Made by a program: the position numbers and the translations under genes. Below are positions 55,905 to 64,000 of a DNA stretch of 64,000 bases, piece after piece. The stretch covers positions 37,448,001-37,512,000 of the forward strand of contig OX597838.1 in assembly GCA_951406725.2 (NCBI GenBank). Reading direction: 5' to 3'. Positions within the stretch are counted from its first letter, which is position 1, and every line of letters starts with the position of its first letter. The stretch is from Octopus vulgaris (lineage: Eukaryota). The notes below the pieces were generated by a model, which saw only the letters and a program-made list of their open reading frames with translations, was not told where the DNA came from and did not search any database.

Positions 55905-56712
55905 CTCTCTTTTACTATTTTACTCTTTTCAGTCATTTGACTGCGGCCATGCTGGAGCACCGCCTTTAGTCGAGCAAATCGACCCGAGACTTATTCTTTT
56001 GTAAGCCCAGTACTTATTCTATTAGTCTCTTTTGCCAGACCGCTAAGTAACGGGGACGTAAACACACCAGCATCGGTTGTCAAGCAATGCTAGGGGGACA
56101 AACACAGACACACAAACACACACACATACACATACATATATATATATACAAATAAACGACAGGCTTCTTTCAGTTTCCGTCTACCAAATCCACTCACAAG
56201 GCATTGGTCGGCCTGGGGCTATAGCAGAAGACACTTGCTCAAGATGCCACGCAGTGGGACTGAACCCGGAACCATGTGGTTGGTTAGCAAGCTACTTACC
56301 ACACAGCCACTCCTGCGCCTATATATATACATATATACGACAGGCTTCTTTCAGTTTCCGTCTACCATATCCACTCACAAGGCTTTGGTCTGCCCGGGGC
56401 TATAGCAGAAGACACTTGCCCAAGATGCCACGCAGTGGGACTGAACCCGGAACCATGTGGTTGGTTAGCAAGCTACTTACCACACAGCCACTCCTGCACC
56501 TATATATATACATATATACGACAGGCTTCTTTCAGTTTCCGTCTACCAAATCCACTCACAAGGCTTTGGTCTGCCCGGGGCTATAGCAGAAGACACTTGC
56601 CCAAGATGCCACGCAGTGGGACTGAACAAGCTACGCCACTCCTGCAACCATGTGGGCTTGGTTAGCAAGCTACTTACCATGTGGTTGGTTAGCAAGCAGC
56701 CACTCCTGCGCC
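55905..56712 (-). mobile_element. Family-A SINE with a tandemly triplicated ~181 bp head module and a scrambled terminus
   Basis: Head units start near 56157, 56338 and 56519; shuffled fragments at 56627-56712. Confidence 0.88.
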
Positions 56713-57068
56713 TATATTTATATTCCATCATATAAAAGTTAAAATATCATTTCAAAAACAACGGAAAATCAAAAGACTTCGAGTGAGAGATTTCACTGTT
56801 TATTTGGAAATGTTTTTAGATCAGATAATGGGGTGAAATAGATCGATGGTGTTTACAATGAAATGCCGTGCAGCTGTTTTATGTGGTTCACAGGTTCAAT
56901 CGAATGTATAATTAGCGGAATAGTTTTGGTGGAAAACGAAACTTTACCCATCTGAATCGTGCCAAAGCGGACTTGTGCCAAGTTTATATAGAACTACCTT
57001 TATAGCGTCTCTATAATATATATTTTGAAATATAGGCGCAGGCGTTGTTGTGTGGTAAGAAGGTGGCG

Positions 57069-57345
57069 ACTTCTTCAATTTTTTCCGCCCGGTCAGGCTC
57101 CTCGCTTCATCGAAGCACCTGGTCCGTTCCGAACTTAAAGGTTTAATTTTTCCGCCCGGCCAGGCTCCTCGCTTAAAGGTCCGTTCAACATAAAACTTTA
57201 AGTTCGCCGGACCAGGCTCCTCGCTTCGATGAAGCACCTGGTCCGTTCCGAACGAAATTCCGTTAAAGAAAAGCTTTTAAGTTCGGAACGGACCAGGTGC
57301 TTCGATGAAGCGAGGAGCCTGGCCGGGCGGATAAATTGAAGAGGT
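57069..57345. repeat. GC-rich fold-back with ~70 bp inverted arms and shuffled internal copies
   Basis: 57069-57139 is the reverse complement of 57276-57345 with few mismatches. Confidence 0.9.
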
Positions 57346-57637
57346 GTATTACCTGAAAAAGAGACTAAAAATGTAAAAAGTGAGAGGATTATTACCTCAT
57401 TGTGTTGCTCTTTTACTCTTTTTACTCTTTTACTTCTTTCAGTCATTTGACTGCGGCCATGCTGGAGCACCGCCTTTAGTCGAGCAACTCGACCCCGGGA
57501 CTTATTCTTTGTAAGCCCAGTACTTACTCTATCGATCCCTTTTGCCGAACTGCTAAGTAACGGGGACGTAAACACACCAGTATCGGTTGTCAAGCAATGC
57601 TAGAGGGACAAACACAGACACACAAACACACACACGC

Positions 57638-57701
<64 letters not shown>

Positions 57702-58406
57702 GACGAGCTTCTTTCAGTTTCCGTCTACCAAATCCACTCACAAGGCTTTGGTCGGCCCGAGGCTATAGCAGAAGACACTTGCCCAAGATGCCACGCAGTA
57801 GGACTGAACCCGGAACCATGTGGTTGGTTAGCAAGCTACTTACCACACAGCCACTCCTGCGCCCTGTTGTTTTAAAAAAAAGAAAAAAAGAGCAATGTTT
57901 TAGAGAAGCGAAAGTCAGCGGGCGCTTTTCGTCTTCTCCCATCCTTATCATCCATATATCATCATCATTCATTCTATTAATGTCTCTGTCTAGCCCTCAA
58001 GCTTCTCTCTATGTGCTGCCCTTGTGGCAAAATTAATGAAATAAAGAAGGTGGCGACCTGGCAGAAACATTAGCACGCCGGGCGAAATGCGTAGCCATAT
58101 TTCGTCTGCCGCTACGTTCTGAGTTCAAATTCCGCCCTGGTCGACTTTGCTTTTCATCCTTTCGTGGAGAGTGGGGTGGATACTAACAAAGGTCTGACAA
58201 AGATCCGGTCGTTTCTATCTCCAGTAGGGACACAATACAGCTAGTGATCTGGGATCCATAACTATTCAACATTCTGCGAAATAACCTCAGAGATTTACGA
58301 GGTGTAGGTGTGAAGGTATTCACACTAAAATTTTATTCGCAGTAGAAGGCACACAGAGGCTTACAATTGGTTCAGTGACCTGATTCTTGACCTAGACGGA
58401 GCAATA

Positions 58407-58628
58407 TACAAGGGCGTGCTGAAACGTTCTTCGCTTTTGGTAAAAGAAAATACAGAAGGATCAGTTAATTATGACTTTATTCAGCTTGTTCCCCTTCTCA
58501 GATACCCACACTTATCACAGTGGTCCTTCAGTTTTGCTAAGCCCTGTAAAAGAACTTAGAAGGTTGGGCCTGCGGGCAGGCGTTTCGCGTCACCTTTGAA
58601 GCCAGGAACTTTTCAGCCAACCGTTGCA
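58407..58628. mobile_element. Mariner-derived MITE (older copy)
   Basis: TA-CAAGGGCGTGCTGAAA..TTTTCAGC ends; homologous to 59012-59237. Confidence 0.7.
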
Positions 58629-58629
58629 G

Positions 58630-58876
<247 letters not shown>

Positions 58877-58902
58877 CACACATATCGCTACGTGCGTTAT
58901 GC

Positions 58903-58944
<42 letters not shown>

Positions 58945-58949
58945 GAGAG

Positions 58950-59000
<51 letters not shown>

Positions 59001-59011
59001 ATATACTTTTA

Positions 59012-59237
59012 TACGAGTGGGTGTGCCTAAAAGCTCCTGGCTTTGGATGAATGGAGATACAAGAGGATCAGTTAATTATGATTTTATCCAACATATTCCC
59101 CTCAGATTCATATCCTTAGTGCAGCGGTCCTTCAGTTTTTCTAAACTCTGTAAAAGAACTCGTAAAAGAAAGCTGGGCTTCCAGCCAAGCCTTTCACGAT
59201 ACCCTTAAAGCTAGGAACTTTTCAGCTCGCCCTCGTA
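59012..59237. mobile_element. Mariner-derived MITE
   Basis: TA-CGAG..AAAAGCTCCTGGCTTT and AAAGCTAGGAACTTTT..CTCG-TA inverted termini with TA duplication. Confidence 0.78.
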
Positions 59238-59258
59238 TACCGGAGTACTTATATAACA

Positions 59259-59660
59259 CTAGCAGTATCGCCCGGCGTTGCTCGGGTTTGTAAGGGAAAT
59301 AACTATATAAGCATTTTTAGAGATGTAAAGTATAATAGCCATCTCAATATGGCTAACCACAAAGGGGAGGGGGAGGTGTTACTGTAGCTTTTTACGTTCT
59401 GAGATTTAATAATAAATTTTTAGAGAGTTACTTCCCTTATATATGCCAAAAATGCTTTAAAAATGGGAAAAATTGATGGTAAATTGTTTTTAAAATCGTA
59501 GACTCATCGTAGACGCGCGCTAATACCCAGAAGGGCTCGATATGAATAACGATTATAAGATACCCGGTTTTGGTTAAACTGCACCGCAAAATGTGGGAGT
59601 AGTTAGGAATCTAAATCGTAGGAGACAGACAGCACACAACCTCTCTTTTACATATAAAGA
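59259..59660 (-). mobile_element. Complete ~400 bp non-autonomous Helitron
   Basis: Minus strand begins A|TC and ends CTAG|T; subterminal hairpin CCCGAGCAACGCCGGG (59271-59286); no TSD. Confidence 0.85.
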
Positions 59661-59910
59661 TTTAGCGTTACCTTCGCTCTTGTTTCCTGCTTCTCACAGA
59701 ACCATCAAGTCGGACAATACTAACTTGCTGTTGTGCATGCCTCATACATGCTGTTCTTAATATTCTTGTAACATTTAAAGGTGTCGTTATTGTTGTTATT
59801 TAAGTTGTTGCAATATTTCCGTCGTCCTTCTCCGTTAATGGAAGTTTGCGACTCGGCCGCATATTGTAGAATATCACCTCCCCCACCATTTCCAGACCAA
59901 TTTCTAAACG

Positions 59911-59997
59911 CACACATCTCCGTGCGTTTTCACACACCTCCGTGCGCGTTCACACACCTCCGTGCGCGTTCACACACCTCCGTGCGCGTTCACACAC
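59911..59997 (+). repeat. 20 bp minisatellite (CACACACCTCCGTGCGCGTT), about 4.3 copies
   Basis: Directly visible. Confidence 0.92.
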
Positions 59998-60009
59998 ACT
60001 AGCACACAA

Positions 60010-60056
<47 letters not shown>

Positions 60057-60085
60057 AAAATATATGTGTGTATGTGTGTATATAT

Positions 60086-60134
<49 letters not shown>

Positions 60135-60284
60135 TATATATCTGCATATTTATATATGTACACATGGGTATATATTTAAATCTGTGTTTTTATATATATA
60201 CATATTTATGTGTGTGCATGTACGTATGTATACAATAGAGGTTTATGCACACACCACATAATAATAACAATGATAATAATAATG

Positions 60285-60349
<65 letters not shown>

Positions 60350-60545
60350 TTCATTTATTTGCCACCAGGGCAAAGGATGAAAGGGGACAATACAAAGACA
60401 CACACAAAATGTGGGTGCTTACATATAATGAAATGATAAAATAAATAAATAACAAAAAAATATATATATACTCAGTATACAATGAAAACAAAGAAAAATA
60501 TACAAAGTATACAATAATTTTTTAAAATCCCCGAGGTCTTGAAGC

Positions 60546-60593
<48 letters not shown>

Positions 60594-60594
<1 letters not shown>

Positions 60595-61147
60595 CCCTGA
60601 TGCAGTACCAGGCAGTGGCTCTCATGGCTGCTGATCTTAATTAATTGGAAGTGTTATCATGTACATTGTTTTGTCTTGGTATAAAAGATGGGCTCCAGCA
60701 AATATTTTGCTCAATACCATAGATTTGCTTGTCAGTTGTTTGACCTTAACCAGTTGAGCATGTCCCTTAGTGGCTGACGATATGTGCATCTCTGATTACA
60801 AGCAGAAGTAATGGGGAAACATCATAGTCATGTGTCGAGAGGAATTCTTTGGGGTTTGAATAATTCGCCTCTGGAAACATGGGTGGTTCGTTCAACATCC
60901 TTAAACAACCCTTATTCAGGTACCTTTTGAGTGGGATGGGTTACTCGACCAGAAGAAAATTCTAACTGGGCCCCACCTTCAAGGTCATGTGCTCTTTATC
61001 TTTATATAAGATCACCATGTCGCGCACATATGGTTGTGATGCATGTGCCTGGTGTACCCTTATCAGACAGGTAGTCATGATGGGTATACAGGGCTTCGTA
61101 TATTTTACCTCAGTGTCACTCTGATGGCATGCACTGCTCTCTCACTT
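60594..61147 (+). mobile_element. Intact copy of the ~555 bp (AAT)n-flanked non-coding repeat
   Basis: Perfect (AAT)n on both sides; homologous to 4741-5424. Confidence 0.82.
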
Positions 61148-61148
61148 G

Positions 61149-61220
<72 letters not shown>

Positions 61221-61962
61221 GTGATGATGATGATGATGAGTAAAGAACAAGAAAAATACATAATCATAGGCTTAATCAGTTGTTCTGCCTTGCTCTAATG
61301 TATGCCATGGCCATGTGTGTAGATATACATCAACATACATATATATATACGTGCACATACACACAGAGACACATATACACACAAATATAACCTTATTATC
61401 TATAACTGCATTTCATTTTAGGAAATATGAAAAAGCAATGAAAAAACACGACTTCAAACAACAATCGCAAAAAAATTACAAAATACAAATATCATTTGTG
61501 ACTCCACCTCGAGTCTGTCTGCGATTGAAGCCATCGAAATAGTTCAAAAACAGGAATAAAACTAAAAAATGAAACTAAAATATGAAAGATAATAGCTACA
61601 AAATAAGTGTTACAGTGTTACTTATTTCAGTGATAACTTACGGTAAACCTTTTTTAAAAGAAATTGTTTTGCTATTTTTCGTTGGAAATTACTTTGAAAT
61701 TTTCATTTTCGCTTTTTTTTTAACAAAGTTTCTGAGTATAACATCGGATATGATTGGAAGAAAAGAAATGGAAAGACAAGAAAAAAACGATAAAAAATAA
61801 TATAGAAGAATGTATAAGCAAGCAAATAACCGAGTTGATACGAAAAATGTATGACTTTATAAAAAAAAAATTCAATTAAGAGAAATAGCTTAAACGGGCT
61901 AATGATATGAATTTAGATAATTCAGATAGAGGGTGATATATTGAGAAAAGTATGTGTGTGTG

Positions 61963-62071
<109 letters not shown>

Positions 62072-62178
62072 GTGTTTATGGTGTATGTATATATGTGTAT
62101 AAGTATATTTATGTATGCGTGTATGTATATATGTGTATAAGTATATATGTACACACACATATATATATATATATACAT

Positions 62179-62223
<45 letters not shown>

Positions 62224-62544
62224 CATACCACCTCTTAAATATAGCCACGAAACACGTGTCGTTATTCTACAGTTTATATAAGTTATTATTATTATTTTTT
62301 TTACAATTTACATAATCTTTGACATTTTATTGATATTTTAATGTTAATATTTCTATTATATGTAATTTTCGGGATGTTGTAATTTAATTGTTCATTTTGA
62401 ATTGATAAAAGGTGTTTTTTTCTAATTTTATATATATATATATTATATTGTGTGAAACTTGATTTAGTACTACTAAATTGAGTTTCTTTTCCTTGTAAGT
62501 TTTGGATTTTATTCCCTAAAATATTAATAATTAATATATATATA

Positions 62545-62599
<55 letters not shown>

Positions 62600-62784
62600 T
62601 GATTGGATAAGACAGAGTCAACGAGAAGGAGTACGCTTGGACAGCTATTTTTTTAATCACTACACATGGTTTCATACACTCTTTGACTTGGAAGTATATC
62701 GTAATATTACCGGTTATTCGGTAATTCTAAGAGTGAACGCACTCTATTTTGCACTCTACTCCGGTCCGAATGGAATATACCGTA

Positions 62785-62854
<70 letters not shown>

Positions 62855-63192
62855 TGTGTGTATGTATAAAATTCTGCTTTTAAATGACCTGCTTCAAGAG
62901 TTGCATTCGGTATGATGTGTTTATTTATTTTGGTAGTTTTGACTTTAAGCGTCCCTCCTAGCGAGTGGCATTTATGTATAGTAATGCCCTCTATATAATG
63001 TAAATAAATATATTTAAGTGAAAAAACTGGCGGATTTTTTTCTCGTATGAGTGTTTTCACGCTAACTACTTGATAAATTCTTATAAAGATTTTATCCTAT
63101 TTTTAAATTCTATATATACATACATACATACATTCATACAAGGATACATACATACATACATACATACATACATACATACATACATACATACA

Positions 63193-63226
<34 letters not shown>

Positions 63227-64000
63227 GATTCAAAAGATGAGATCTAGAGATGCTTAATATAGAAAACACGTAGTGGTGTTGAAATGATTTAAACTTACAC
63301 TCTGAAATTTTTATCGACATTATTTTGGAGGCGTCGACATTATTTTGGAGATACCATTTCGTTATTCCCTTATATCCAGATGAAGCGAGAGACGAATTGG
63401 ATATTTCACTCGTTCGTACACTTGTTGTACGGATAATATCTAGGCACGTGTAGCGAACCTTAACGTTATGAGCATTAAATATGTGTAGATATGAATGTAT
63501 ATTTGTATGTATATATATATCTATGAGTTATGTTATTACGAATGTATGTATATTTATACACACACACATATGTATGCATACCTACACAAGCATATATATT
63601 TTATTCGACAATTGCAATTAAAGTATAACATTTTTCTACAAATGAAAATCTCTTCATTGCGCTCCAATAAAAATGCAGCACATACATACGCCACATAATA
63701 GATCGTATAATAGGAAAAAAGAGAAGAATGAGAGACAGAGGAAGAGAGACGGAAACGGAGACAGTAATAAAATATTAAATCGCAATAAATACAGCTTATT
63801 CATCATTATCGTCCAACGTATTTTTTATTATGAAAATATTGAAATTTGTTAGATTAGATTCAGAAGTGAAGATACACAGCAAGGAAAACATACGTGGAAA
63901 TGTGTTAAAATTTCTGAAAATGAAAGTTTTGGGGGTAAAAAAATCCATCCAACATTTAGATTTAATTTATTACTCAGACACTTCTCGAATTCTTATCGCA

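Larger units (their letters stand above)
49510..55944 (+). repeat. Head-to-tail tandem duplication of ~3.2 kb (49510-52724 and 52724-55944)
   Basis: Near-identical copies; the junction gactgC/ccagatg has 1 bp microhomology, and the SINE tail cut at 52724 continues intact after 55944. Confidence 0.95.

Noticed and set aside
58166-58330. Possible CR1/L2-like C-terminal remnant (LFNIL..NLRDLRGVGVKVF)
   Set aside because: Too short and decayed to assign confidently.
59911-59997. Regular repeats as a CRISPR array (also 57069-57345)
   Set aside because: No unique spacers, no cas genes, and a eukaryotic context.

Overview
AT-rich, microsatellite-saturated animal genomic DNA with no host protein-coding gene that I can support. 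Most ORFs in the supplied track are translations of (TA)n, (CA)n, (TATG)n, (AAT)n or (TAGA)n. The tRNA-derived SINEs match my recollection of the octopus OK/OR1/OR2 families, so a cephalopod (Octopus) origin is likely; this is recalled, not database-checked. The window is mostly nested, decayed transposable elements: four SINE families; restriction-like-endonuclease LINEs (R4/Dong-like, always inside (AAT)n, plus one HERO-like piece); CR1-like and L1/Tx1-like LINE pieces; Penelope-like remnants; Tigger, Tc1/mariner and MITE remnants; and Helitrons. A 3.2 kb tandem duplication carries an open, RT-less LINE endonuclease ORF. The most interesting signals are: (1) a head-to-head palindromic element joining a tRNA-like Pol III promoter to a minimal hammerhead ribozyme, plus other hammerhead-like repeats including a U3-A8 core variant; (2) several locally templated copy events, one of which appears to preserve a microsatellite before its expansion; (3) target-site preferences of the retroposons for (AAT)n and GGTA.
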